This document shows positions 9,483 through 19,197 of a DNA stretch of 64,000 nt, piece after piece (position 1 is the first letter of the stretch; each line of letters begins with the position of its first letter). The notes beneath the pieces are model-generated. The model was given only the letters and a program-made list of their open reading frames with translations. It was not told the DNA's origin and ran no database searches. The translations under genes were made by a program, and so were the position numbers. This DNA comes from Coleofasciculus chthonoplastes F2-STO-03 (GTDB lineage Bacteria; Cyanobacteriota; Cyanobacteriia; Cyanobacteriales; Coleofasciculaceae), in NCBI GenBank assembly GCA_040222015.1, contig JAVJWO010000153.1:60439-124438 (forward strand), in the 5' to 3' direction.

Positions 9483-10859
9483 TTAGACATCGGCGGCTTT
9501 TTGCTTTAATCGTTTTTTCGTCTGTTGAGTAAGCTGTTTTAATGCATCAGAAACGTCTACTTGTAGAGGCTGGGAATCATCAAGTTTACGGATTGAATCA
9601 GGAATCATTTTCACCGTCATCGCTGTACGTTTTTTGATGTCCGCTAACAGTTCCGGTGGGTTTAAGCGTTTACCCTCTTTAACCATCAGTTGAAGCAGGG
9701 GCTGTTCATTTTCTTGAGGGGATTCGGATGCCGTTGCCAGCCGATCTTTGATAATCTTTCCTTCAACGCAATTGCGGAAAACTTGTTTGCGCCCAGGATA
9801 GGTTTCTTTGCTACTCGACTGCTTCATGGTGGGAATGCCATCCATTTCCACCAGTTTGTACACCCCATTAACCGGTTTACCTGTCACTAATCGTGTACCG
9901 ACGCCATAACCGTCAATAATACCACCCGCCTGTTTAATTTTAGCAATCTCCCATTCATCCATGTCACCACTGGCAAAGATTTTCGCATCCGGTAGCAGCG
10001 AGTTCACTTGTTTAGAGAGATCAGCAATATCTCCAGAATCTAAGCGCACACCTGCAACCTTTGTCTGATTTGCTTTAACCTGTTCTGCCAGACGTTGAGC
10101 CGCCGCAACTGTATCATAAGTATCAATTAACAGAGGCGCAGTCGGAAAATAGCGTTGAAATGCACTAAATGCCTCATCCTCACTCCCAGATACAGCCGCA
10201 ATTGCCATCACCAGGGAATGTGCCATTGTGCCACTGGGTTTTTGGTTTAACTTCAGCGCGGCAACCACATTTGAGGTAGCATCAAACCCGGCGGCTAATG
10301 CTGCCCGTGCTGCCCAAATTGCGCCTTGTGGACTAAACGCACGGCGAGTGCCAAATTCCAATAGCTTGACATCCTCTCCAGCGACATCTCGCATTCGCGC
10401 TGCCCGAGTCGCAATCAGGGTTTGGTAATTAATTGTATTGAGAATATAAGTTTCTACCAGTTGGGCTTGCCATAGGGGGGCTTCTACCCGCATCAGGGGT
10501 TCATGGGTGAATACGGCGGTTCCTTCGGGTACAGCCCAAACATCGCCAGCAAATCCTCCTGACTTGAGAACTGACCAAAAGCGTTCGGGGACTTGATCAA
10601 ATAGTCCTGTTGCCTGCAACGCCTCTATATGGGATTCGGAGAATTGAAGCTTTTCCAGATAATCTAATGCCTGTGCTAAACCCATGGCAATTAAATAGCC
10701 AAAGCCGTTAGGCAAACGTCGCACGAATAACTCAAAGCTGGCGCGTCGATTCTCTAACCCTTCACCAACATAGCAAGCTGCCATGGTCAGTTCATAGAGA
10801 TCGGTTAATAGGCTGTAATCGCTTGGGGTGAGGGTGAGTTGCTGATCTTCCTGTGGCAT
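9483..10859 (-). CDS. pncB: Nicotinate phosphoribosyltransferase
   Basis: LLTDLYELTM, EFGTRRA, GTMAHS, LIDTYD, GVRLDSGD; start probably MPQED. Confidence 0.93.
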   Translation of the reverse strand: MPQEDQQLTLTPSDYSLLTDLYELTMAACYVGEGLENRRASFELFVRRLPNGFGYLIAMGLAQALDYLEKLQFSESHIEALQATGLFDQVPERFWSVLKSGGFAGDVWAVPEGTAVFTHEPLMRVEAPLWQAQLVETYILNTINYQTLIATRAARMRDVAGEDVKLLEFGTRRAFSPQGAIWAARAALAAGFDATSNVVAALKLNQKPSGTMAHSLVMAIAAVSGSEDEAFSAFQRYFPTAPLLIDTYDTVAAAQRLAEQVKANQTKVAGVRLDSGDIADLSKQVNSLLPDAKIFASGDMDEWEIAKIKQAGGIIDGYGVGTRLVTGKPVNGVYKLVEMDGIPTMKQSSSKETYPGRKQVFRNCVEGKIIKDRLATASESPQENEQPLLQLMVKEGKRLNPPELLADIKKRTAMTVKMIPDSIRKLDDSQPLQVDVSDALKQLTQQTKKRLKQKAADV

Positions 10860-10887
10860 AAGTTTCAAAAGAGTATTGTAAAGTTTC

Positions 10888-11560
10888 AATAAGAATATAG
10901 TCAGATGTAGTCATGTTGTGTAATATATAGACATGAAACTCTCAGACTATGCCAAAAAAGCAGGAATCAGTTATCGAACTGCTTGGAGGTGGTGGAAACA
11001 AGGAAATTTGACAGGTCATCAATTGCCGTCTGGTACGATTATCATAACGTCGGAGGCGATTGAGGACAACTTGAAACCTGACTTGATAGCTTGTATTTAT
11101 GCAAGAGTTTCCAGCGCCCAAAACAAAGATGATCTAGATCGACAAGCAGAGCGGTTAAAAGATTATGCAATTGCCAGAGGCTACAAAATTTATAAAATTG
11201 TCAAAGAGATTGGAAGTGGTTTAAATGACAATCGAAAACAATTGGCTAAAATTCTAGTAGACCCAAACTACAATATTTTGATTGTAGAACATAAAGACCG
11301 TTTGGCTAGATTTGGAACGAATTATATAGAAATACTCCTCAAAGAATTAAATAAAGAGATTGAAATTGTTAATCAGAGTGACGAGAAACAAGATGAATTA
11401 ATGGACGACTTAATAGCAATTATTACCTCGTTTTGCTCGCGAATTTACGGATTAAGAAGGTCGAAAGGAAAAACCGAAAAGATTGGGCCCGAGTTAAAAT
11501 CTCACGGACAATAATGCGACTAGCGGAAAGACATACTATATTTGACTATACTTTTACCAA
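10888..11560 (+). mobile_element. IS607-family element with intact tnpA and deleted tnpB (boundaries approximate)
   Basis: End repeats TATAGTCAGATGTAGTCA (left) and TACTATATTTGACTATAC (right, inverted); tnpB start MRLAERH at 11514 runs straight into the right end. Confidence 0.75.
10933..11514 (+). CDS. tnpA: IS607 serine transposase TnpA
   Basis: MerR-like HTH (MKLSDYAKKAGISYRTAWRWWKQG) plus IYARVSS, EIGSGLN and EHKDRLARFG. Confidence 0.93.
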   Translation: MKLSDYAKKAGISYRTAWRWWKQGNLTGHQLPSGTIIITSEAIEDNLKPDLIACIYARVSSAQNKDDLDRQAERLKDYAIARGYKIYKIVKEIGSGLNDNRKQLAKILVDPNYNILIVEHKDRLARFGTNYIEILLKELNKEIEIVNQSDEKQDELMDDLIAIITSFCSRIYGLRRSKGKTEKIGPELKSHGQ

Positions 11561-12197
11561 CTATTGTGCAGTTTGTTCTGTCTGTATTCAATAACTTTCA
11601 GTTGGATAGCTAATGGATTAGGAAAACTAGCAATAAACGCTAAGTAGGTAGGGACAATAAAAGTTAACGGCACAGATCGTCATTCGTCATTCGTCATTCG
11701 TTTATGTAAGCATTCAGGGGCTAACTGATCCAGTTCAGAAGGGTTGTAGTGAACATCCAACCGCTGTCGAGACAATGCCCGCAGAAGTCGGCGCAAATTT
11801 TTCGGCTGCATAACTATACCTAACAAATCAAAACAACTTGCCTTAATCAATGTGGAGCGTTTGGCAGACTTCGGTGCAGCAGCCGCAGTTAAGCCTGCTT
11901 ATGCCATTATACGATCAGGCGTTTAAGTTTGCTGGACTCTCGTAGCGAATGTTGGGGTTTCCCTCCATGAGTGCAACAAATTATTACAGAATGTCAAGGA
12001 TGTAAACGAAAATTTATACAAATAGGGAATAATCGGGCGTTTGACTGAACCTTGAGAAAAGTATTGCAAACATAATCAAATAAATGTTGCAAAATACTGT
12101 TTTTGTGTGGTGTATCCCTCATAATTAACAAGTGAATTGCATACCAATACACCAATTTAAATCTGATTGAGATTTACTCTATTAGGAGGACAAGGTT

Positions 12198-12350
12198 ATG
12201 AATATTTCCAAACTGTTTGCAGAAATGACCCAATATATATCAGAAGCGGTTGTGAGAATTTTCGGTCCCAGTGACGATGCTTATCCGTCTACGGGCGTGC
12301 AACCCTTCAGTGGTGAACCTTTCCACGAACCCAGAAGAGCGGATTGGTAA
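12198..12350 (+). CDS. atpT: 50-aa small protein, AtpTheta/Norf1-like ATP synthase inhibitor
   Basis: AGGAGG RBS; MNISKLFAEMTQYISEAVVRIFGPSDDAYPSTGVQPFSGEPFHEPRRADW, an amphipathic helix plus DD-YP-TGVQPF-G-P motif (recalled, not searched). Confidence 0.72.
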   Translation: MNISKLFAEMTQYISEAVVRIFGPSDDAYPSTGVQPFSGEPFHEPRRADW

Positions 12351-12412
12351 CCTCCGATAACAATCGGCAAAAAAATCGGTTTGGTAATTGTTCTTATGTT
12401 CATTCCAAGAAT

Positions 12413-12452
12413 TAAGTTGGTGAAGATAGGTTAAACTACTTCACCAACTTTT
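12413..12452. terminator. Probable bidirectional intrinsic terminator
   Basis: AAGTTGGTGAAG...CTTCACCAACTT hairpin followed by TTT, between convergent genes. Confidence 0.65.
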
Positions 12453-12482
12453 ATTTAGGTATTTTTTATAAAGGAATATTCA

Positions 12483-13307
12483 TTATTCATTAAAGATTCT
12501 AAAAATTTTTACGCAGTCTTGTAAATTAGTCTTAGCAAAATCAGGAGTTTTATCCCAACTAATCGGCTGAAATTCACTTATTTTTATCGGCTTCATATCT
12601 TCAAATGACCATTGTACATCTTCCGCCTCTAGAGAGGGTTGGCGATAAGCAATTTTAACATTTTTGACCGTATTTTCATTGACTATTCCCTTAAAACAAC
12701 GACTATGCTCAGTTTGCCAAAAATACTCCTGTCCAATTAGTACATCATCAGTTTTGACAAACACTAAATACCGACTACCCGGACGGTCAAACTCGGCTGA
12801 TTCGCCATAAAAATAATTGCCATCGGGTAAATTTGTAATCGTCGGCTTACGGTTATCAACGCCTGGTGGTTTAGGTAAAGGGGGTGGGACAGCTTTAGAA
12901 GCGTCTGGAGTGGGCGAAGGAGGTATCTCTGGGGAGACAGAGGGTGTATTAGGGACTTGTTCAGGAGTCGGTAAGACAACTATCTCTGGGGACACAGATG
13001 AAATCGTGGGCGTGGGGAGGGGTGAAACCGTTGGTGTTTCTGTGGGAAGGGGTGAGACATTCGGGGTAATCAGGGGAAAGGAAAAATCAGCGGGTGTTTC
13101 TGATACAGGGGGTGAGGGACTCTGGGCATTTTCAGGGGATTTAGAGGACTTACAGCCAAACAAACCCAGTCCCACAACCGTGAGAATCACCAACCACTGA
13201 ATCCTGGGGATACTCCGCCAGTAAGCCTTTCGGGTGTCAGAGTGAGAGTCCTGGATATAAATATGACCCCCTTTCGAGTCTATCGTTGTCGTCAAGTCCT
13301 TTGTCAT
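12483..13307 (-). CDS. Pro-rich hypothetical lipoprotein
   Basis: Hydrophobic segment ending LFGC, Pro/Ser/Thr linker, LPDGNYFYGE domain; start uncertain. Confidence 0.7.
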   Translation of the reverse strand: MTKDLTTTIDSKGGHIYIQDSHSDTRKAYWRSIPRIQWLVILTVVGLGLFGCKSSKSPENAQSPSPPVSETPADFSFPLITPNVSPLPTETPTVSPLPTPTISSVSPEIVVLPTPEQVPNTPSVSPEIPPSPTPDASKAVPPPLPKPPGVDNRKPTITNLPDGNYFYGESAEFDRPGSRYLVFVKTDDVLIGQEYFWQTEHSRCFKGIVNENTVKNVKIAYRQPSLEAEDVQWSFEDMKPIKISEFQPISWDKTPDFAKTNLQDCVKIFRIFNE

Positions 13308-13325
13308 CCTGTCAACTCGAATCGT

Positions 13326-13865
13326 TTACCCTGCAACTCCGGGGGAGAAGTTGGTAAACACAAACACAATAACTGTCGCCAGCGCCAATGCTCCCTGAAT
13401 TAAATTCCCCACCAGGGAACCCACCACAATCCCTAAACTAGCCTTAAACGCAGCCTTTAACCGTAGCTCTAATTCCAACTGACGGCGAGATAAAAACTCA
13501 CCGATAAATGCTCCTAACAGAGGACCAATTAAAATCCCTAACAAAGGACCTCCCACAGGTAAAGCGGGAAGTAGCCCTAAAATCCCCAAGACTAAGCCAA
13601 TAATCGCACCAATTTGCCCCCACTTGCTCGCCCCTGCCCGTTTTGCTCCCCAGTAGGTGGCTAAAAAATCAATGCCGACACTGAGCAGTAATACCCCAAC
13701 AGCAACGCCCAACGCCAAACTTATCGTACTTAACCCTTGGACAAATCCCCAGACTAAAATTGCTACAACAATTACGCTAGAACCAGGAAGACCAGGGACT
13801 ACAGCACCCACTACACCCACGAGCATCAGGGCAATTAATATCCAGTAGAGCAAAGTGATAGACAT
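13326..13865 (-). CDS. DUF456 family membrane protein
   Basis: VVPGLPG, GAKRAGASKWGQIGAIIG, GPLLGAFIGE. Confidence 0.88.
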   Translation of the reverse strand: MSITLLYWILIALMLVGVVGAVVPGLPGSSVIVVAILVWGFVQGLSTISLALGVAVGVLLLSVGIDFLATYWGAKRAGASKWGQIGAIIGLVLGILGLLPALPVGGPLLGILIGPLLGAFIGEFLSRRQLELELRLKAAFKASLGIVVGSLVGNLIQGALALATVIVFVFTNFSPGVAG

Positions 13866-13885
13866 CTAAACTTAACGATATTAAG

Positions 13886-14548
13886 CTAACCGTTGACGTT
13901 CGACTGTACTGACTGACTCAACGTATTTCCTAGTTTATCAGCTAGCCCCTCAATCCAGCGCTCATCTTGTTTGGTGTAACTGCGGGGAGCATTCGCGCCT
14001 AGAATTAAAGCACCCTGATTGCCCAGAGGTTGACAGATGAGTCCTTGGGTATTTTCTGGTAAGTAGTCAAATTCGATTCGTCCGGGATACAGTTTCATGT
14101 CAACCAGATAAATAGGTTTTTGTTGCTCCAGAACCCGCTTCAAGATAGCACCCGGTTTCACCTCTGAGTTTTTTCCCAATACTCCCCGCCTTAGTAGCAC
14201 TTTTCCCTGATAAAACACAACCAGCGATCGCGTCACGGTATTGGTTAATAATAAATGTGACGCCCAAGCCAGTTCCGTTTTTGCCGCCTCCGGTAACTCT
14301 GGTGTCAGTTCAAAGCCTTCTGAGCCAACCAAATCTACCGCATCTGGCGATCGCGGCTGCACTTGCTGCCACAGCAAACCTGTCAAAATCAATATGGCAC
14401 TCAGAATAACCCCCAGTGCGTCTGAACGCGCCTGAGATTCCGTAAGTTGGGGAGTCAGCAAGCGATTGATTAACAATAGCGTCCCGCCTAATCCCCCAAC
14501 AATAAACGGTAATTGTCGCAACACAGAATTTTGATCAGGTTTAGCCAT
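13886..14548 (-). CDS. Cofactor assembly of complex C subunit B (CCB2/CCB4 family)
   Basis: Two TM helices (LLLINR...QARSDALG) plus GAF-like domain (ELAWASHLLLTNT, LYPGRIEFDYLPENTQ); directly downstream of rpaB. Confidence 0.8.
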   Translation of the reverse strand: MAKPDQNSVLRQLPFIVGGLGGTLLLINRLLTPQLTESQARSDALGVILSAILILTGLLWQQVQPRSPDAVDLVGSEGFELTPELPEAAKTELAWASHLLLTNTVTRSLVVFYQGKVLLRRGVLGKNSEVKPGAILKRVLEQQKPIYLVDMKLYPGRIEFDYLPENTQGLICQPLGNQGALILGANAPRSYTKQDERWIEGLADKLGNTLSQSVQSNVNG

Positions 14549-14653
14549 TATTTGCACAGCGTTTATTGTTTCAATGGACGCAAGCCTGTCCTAACTGTTG
14601 TAGCGGTTGCTACAACACTCAACATTCACAACTCAAAACCCAAAACTCAACAC

Positions 14654-15391
14654 TTATTCCTCCCCTGCTTCGAGTATCCGTTGAAATAAATACCCTGTCC
14701 CTCGTGCGGTGAGAATCAACTCTGGATTGCTGGGATCATCTTCCAGCTTGGCTCGCAGTCGAGAAATATGAACATCGACAACGCGGGTATCGACGTGGCG
14801 TTCTGGGGTATACCCCCACACCTCCTGTAAAATTTCTGACCGAGAGAAGGGTTCCCCAGAGCGACTGACTAATAACTCCAGGAGACTGAATTCCATCCCT
14901 GTGAGCCGAATCCGTTCGTCTCCCTTATAAACCTGTCGTTTGTTCGTATCAATTTTGATACTGGCGACATGGATTACCCCAGAACTGGGAATCCCGGAAG
15001 CACCCACCTTGTCTACCCGCCGCAATACCGAACGAATCCGGGCTTCTAACTCTTTGGGAGAGAAGGGCTTGACCACATAATCATCCGCGCCCAACTCTAA
15101 CCCGGTAATTCTATCGGCAACATCACCCAATGCCGTTAGCATGATGATGGGGATATCCGATTCCTTTCGCAACTCTTGACAGACGCCGTAGCCATCCAGC
15201 TTGGGCATCATCACATCTAAAACCACTAAATCGGGTTCACTCGTGCGGAAGGTTTCTAAGGCTTCTTCCCCATCGGCGGCGGTGACGACATCGTAGCCAA
15301 TCATCGACAGGCGAGTTTCCAAGATCCGGCGGATACTCGCTTCATCATCAACAACTAGAATTTTTTCCTTATGAGTTTCCAATGGATTCAA
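14654..15391 (-). CDS. rpaB: OmpR-family response regulator RpaB (Ycf27)
   Basis: KEKILVVDDEASIRRILETRLSMIGY...WGYTPERHVDTRVVDVHISRLR. Confidence 0.96.
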   Translation of the reverse strand: MNPLETHKEKILVVDDEASIRRILETRLSMIGYDVVTAADGEEALETFRTSEPDLVVLDVMMPKLDGYGVCQELRKESDIPIIMLTALGDVADRITGLELGADDYVVKPFSPKELEARIRSVLRRVDKVGASGIPSSGVIHVASIKIDTNKRQVYKGDERIRLTGMEFSLLELLVSRSGEPFSRSEILQEVWGYTPERHVDTRVVDVHISRLRAKLEDDPSNPELILTARGTGYLFQRILEAGEE

Positions 15392-15556
15392 GACTCCTAA
15401 TTTACAGTCAACGAAATGTTAATTTATCAGTAGCTTATCTCTAAGATATAACGTTATACGAAGCTTTTTTAAGCTATAACCGTTCAATCTGACATTTGCT
15501 TACGACTTTTTAAGATTGGTTTAATTATTGAAAATTCCTAGCACCTTGAGATCAGG

Positions 15557-17140
15557 ATGCCTAAAACTAAATCCATCTATGTTTGTAATCAATGTGGGGC
15601 AGAACACTCCCAGTGGTTCGGCAGATGCTCCTCCTGCGGCACGTATAACTCCTTAGAGGAGAGTATGCTGTCAACGACTGCCAACATGAGAAGTGGGGGA
15701 AGGCAATCAAATGCCCGTGCCTACACTCCGTCTCCTACCTCTGGACGCGCTCAACCGAGGTCTTCACTCAAGTTCTCAGAAATTTCCAATAATGTCCAGA
15801 TCCGATTTGCTTCCGGGTATAGTGAACTGGATCGAGTGCTGGGGGGAGGGATCGTCCCTGGCTCCTTGGTATTGATTGGCGGTGATCCGGGGATTGGCAA
15901 ATCCACGTTGCTGCTACAGGTGGCAAATCAACTGGCACAGGAGCATCGTATTCTTTACGTCTGTGCCGAAGAGTCGGGACAACAGGTGAAACTGCGAGCC
16001 TCTCGCCTGGGTATTGGTGCTGCTCCGATTCAGGAGGAGGCAGATAATAATAGTGAGCAGACGAATAATGGTGCGCCCAAAAAGCGAGGGAAGTCGGCAA
16101 AGTCGAAAACGGCGAATGGGGGTAAAGTCTCGGAGGAGCAAGAGCCAAATCTGTATGTGTTGGCAGAGACTGACTTAGAGGAGGTGTTACGGGAGTTGGA
16201 GTCCCTAAAACCCCAAGTCGCCGTCATTGACAGTATCCAGACGCTGTATTTTGCGGCGTTAACCTCTGCACCCGGTTCGGTGGCGCAAGTGCGGGAATGT
16301 ACCTCAGCCCTGATGCAGGTGGCAAAGCGGGCAAATATTACGTTATTCATTGTCGGACATGTGACTAAGGAAGGCGCGATCGCAGGACCAAGGGTGCTGG
16401 AACATTTGGTGGATACGGTATTGTATTTTGAGGGCGATCGCTTTGCCTCCCATCGTCTGTTGCGATCGGTAAAAAATCGGTTTGGCGCCACCCACGAAAT
16501 CGGTATTTTTGAAATGGTGGATAAGGGATTGCAGGAGGTGCTGAATCCGTCGGAGTTATTTTTGGGCAATCGGGATGAAATGAGTCCGGGTACGGCGACT
16601 GTGGTGGCTTGTGAGGGGACTCGTCCGATTTTAGTTGAGTTACAGGCGTTGGTTTCCCCAGCCAGTTATGGTGCGCCACGTCGCTCAACCACTGGTGTTG
16701 ATTACAGTCGATTACAGCAAATTTTGGCAGTCTTGGAAAAACGGGTAGGGATTCCCCTGTCCAAATTAGATGCTTATGTGGCTACGGCTGGTGGGTTGGG
16801 AGTCGAGGAACCGGCGGCTGATTTGGGAATTGCCATTGCTGTAGTGGCTTCATTTCGCGATCGCATGGTTGATCCCCGCACCGTGATGGTTGGTGAAGTG
16901 GGATTAGGGGGACAAGTGCGGCTGGTGTCGCAGATGGAACTGCGGTTAAAGGAAGCGGCAAAATTAGGATTTAAACGCGCGATCGTTCCCAAGGGTCAAG
17001 TGTTACCGGATCTGGATATTGAGGTGATCCCGGTTTCCAGGGTGCTGGATGCAATTATTGCTGCTTTACCGGGAGGATTGCGCCAGAATTCAGCAAATGA
17101 GGCAAATGAGGCAAATGAGGAAGAGGAAGATGACTTTTAG
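15557..17140 (+). CDS. radA: DNA repair protein RadA/Sms
   Basis: N-terminal C4 Zn finger, GGDPGIGKSTLL, KNRFG, Lon-like C-terminus. Confidence 0.97.
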   Translation: MPKTKSIYVCNQCGAEHSQWFGRCSSCGTYNSLEESMLSTTANMRSGGRQSNARAYTPSPTSGRAQPRSSLKFSEISNNVQIRFASGYSELDRVLGGGIVPGSLVLIGGDPGIGKSTLLLQVANQLAQEHRILYVCAEESGQQVKLRASRLGIGAAPIQEEADNNSEQTNNGAPKKRGKSAKSKTANGGKVSEEQEPNLYVLAETDLEEVLRELESLKPQVAVIDSIQTLYFAALTSAPGSVAQVRECTSALMQVAKRANITLFIVGHVTKEGAIAGPRVLEHLVDTVLYFEGDRFASHRLLRSVKNRFGATHEIGIFEMVDKGLQEVLNPSELFLGNRDEMSPGTATVVACEGTRPILVELQALVSPASYGAPRRSTTGVDYSRLQQILAVLEKRVGIPLSKLDAYVATAGGLGVEEPAADLGIAIAVVASFRDRMVDPRTVMVGEVGLGGQVRLVSQMELRLKEAAKLGFKRAIVPKGQVLPDLDIEVIPVSRVLDAIIAALPGGLRQNSANEANEANEEEEDDF

Positions 17141-17268
17141 GGGTTCCGGTTTTGTTCTGAGTTGTTGGGAAAAAGAAGTTTGTTATTATCAACAACAATA
17201 ATTTCCCAGGAAATATCCTCTGTCCCTTCCTGCGATCGCAACCTATCCAGAACCACTCTAAAAGACTG

Positions 17269-18015
17269 TCACTCAGTATGCAAAAATTCTAGATATGCCT
17301 GACTCATTTCCTTCACTGCCACCTCATACAACTGCTGACCATGTTCCGGTTTGGCTAAGGCGGGATTAGACCCCATGCGTCCATCAGGATAGTGGCGGCG
17401 AAAGTCTGTAGCCCCGTAAATTGGATGTCCAGATGCTATATTAGCCGCTAAGGGGGCTTTCTTGATCGCTTCAGGATAAAGGTATTGAGTTACAGCCACT
17501 TCGCTGGGTGTGGCGTGAGATCCTTCCTGATCACCATATAGTTGTTTGGCTAACTGATACACCGATTTACAGGTAAACCAGTTGGCAAGGCGACATCTGA
17601 CTTGATCGCTGTTGGGAATGTTGAGATCCCAGAGATAGGCGTAACTCTCAGAAAACGCTGCCTTTAGCGTCGCCACGTTACCACCATGACCATTAAGAAA
17701 GAAAAATCGGCTAAATCCAGCCCGGGTTAAGCTGATTAAATAATCTTGGATGACATGAATTAAGGTACTAGGTTTCAGGCTCATCGTACCCGGGAAACCC
17801 GTGTGATGCAGCGCCATTCCCACACTAATCGTTGGACTAACGATCGCATTCGTCGCTTCACCCACCCCTCGCGCGATCGCTTCGGCACAAATCGCATCAG
17901 TACCAATTAATCCCGTTGGTCCATGTTGTTCAGTTGAACCAATCGGCAGAATAATTCCCGGCGATCGCTTTAAGTACTCCTCAACCTCGATCCAGGTCAT
18001 TAAATGTAGCAGCAT
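17269..18015 (-). CDS. Creatininase family protein
   Basis: PIGSTEQHGP, NGHGGN, HATPSE; probable start MLLHLMTW. Confidence 0.88.
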   Translation of the reverse strand: MLLHLMTWIEVEEYLKRSPGIILPIGSTEQHGPTGLIGTDAICAEAIARGVGEATNAIVSPTISVGMALHHTGFPGTMSLKPSTLIHVIQDYLISLTRAGFSRFFFLNGHGGNVATLKAAFSESYAYLWDLNIPNSDQVRCRLANWFTCKSVYQLAKQLYGDQEGSHATPSEVAVTQYLYPEAIKKAPLAANIASGHPIYGATDFRRHYPDGRMGSNPALAKPEHGQQLYEVAVKEMSQAYLEFLHTE

Positions 18016-18323
18016 TATCCCTTCTAAAAAAGTGAAAGCAGGTGGACTAGGGTGACCAGCCTCCTGCTTTGTTTCTGTAAGACCCCTCATTCTGTCATAC
18101 TTGCGTATGACATGTATTACACTATCTTTAGTGTATGTCACCATGGGGAAATCGGCAATAAAGTTACGCAAATTGTTTCAAAAATTCACCGGGTATAGTC
18201 ACACCAGCCGAATCTTGTGTCACTCTAGACGTAGAGTTCTATTTCTATATCGTTTCAACACCATGATTTTGGTGTATATCTTGGCTTAAACGTTCAGATA
18301 CCCAAATTCCTTACCATTTATTT

Positions 18324-19076
18324 ATGCTTTCTGTCGATCTACCGCAAAGCCCTTCTACTCCAGAACTGGCACAATCTAACCGCATTCTGGTTGTAGAAGA
18401 CGAGGATCTCATCCGAGAAATGCTGATGTTGTCCTTACAAGAGGAAGGTTATGACGTGGTGACGGCTGCTGATGGTCGTACTGCTTTAACGCTTCTGTCT
18501 GAGGGCGACTCCAATGACCAGGAGAACCACTTTAGCCTGTTGATCCTAGATTTGATGCTGCCTCAGGTTAACGGACTCGATCTATGTCGCTTGATCCGGT
18601 ATCAGGGAAATTCTATCCCCGTCTTGATTCTCAGCGCCAAAGCTAGTGAAACGGATCGGGTTTTGGGTTTGGAAGTCGGTGCCGATGACTACTTGACCAA
18701 ACCCTTTAGTATGCGGGAATTAATTGCCCGTTGTCGCGCCCTGCTGCGTCGCCACCGCTATAGTTCCATACCGCAAACGCCGACGTTACAGTTACGGGAC
18801 ATTACCCTCTACCCCCAAGAATGCCGCGTCACGGTGCGTGGCGAGGAGGTGAATCTCTCGCCCAAGGAATTCCGACTGTTGGAATTGTTTATCGGGTATC
18901 CCCGCCGGGTGTGGTCTCGCGAACAGTTAATTGATCAGGTTTGGGGACCAGATTTTCTCGGCGATACCAAAACCGTCGATGTTCACATTCGCTGGCTGCG
19001 GGAAAAATTAGAAAAAGACCCCAGTCAACCGGAATACCTAATTACCGTTCGTGGTTTCGGCTATCGGTTTGGCTAA
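18324..19076 (+). CDS. sphR: Phosphate regulon response regulator (PhoB-like)
   Basis: OmpR-type REC plus wHTH (VWGPDFLGDTKTVDVHIRWLREKLE), followed by a PhoR-like kinase. Confidence 0.85.
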   Translation: MLSVDLPQSPSTPELAQSNRILVVEDEDLIREMLMLSLQEEGYDVVTAADGRTALTLLSEGDSNDQENHFSLLILDLMLPQVNGLDLCRLIRYQGNSIPVLILSAKASETDRVLGLEVGADDYLTKPFSMRELIARCRALLRRHRYSSIPQTPTLQLRDITLYPQECRVTVRGEEVNLSPKEFRLLELFIGYPRRVWSREQLIDQVWGPDFLGDTKTVDVHIRWLREKLEKDPSQPEYLITVRGFGYRFG

Positions 19077-19197
19077 TTAATTTTAGATGCGACACCGGCG
19101 ATCGCATCTTACCCAAATCAGTACCGACATCGCTCTGTCTGTCGAAAGGTTACAATGTCTAGACCATCGCTCGGCAATAGTCTCATTGATCACACCC

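Noticed and set aside
11893..11922. Purine or glutamine riboswitch
   Set aside because: Only TCGTATAAT in a small hairpin; the remaining consensus helices are absent
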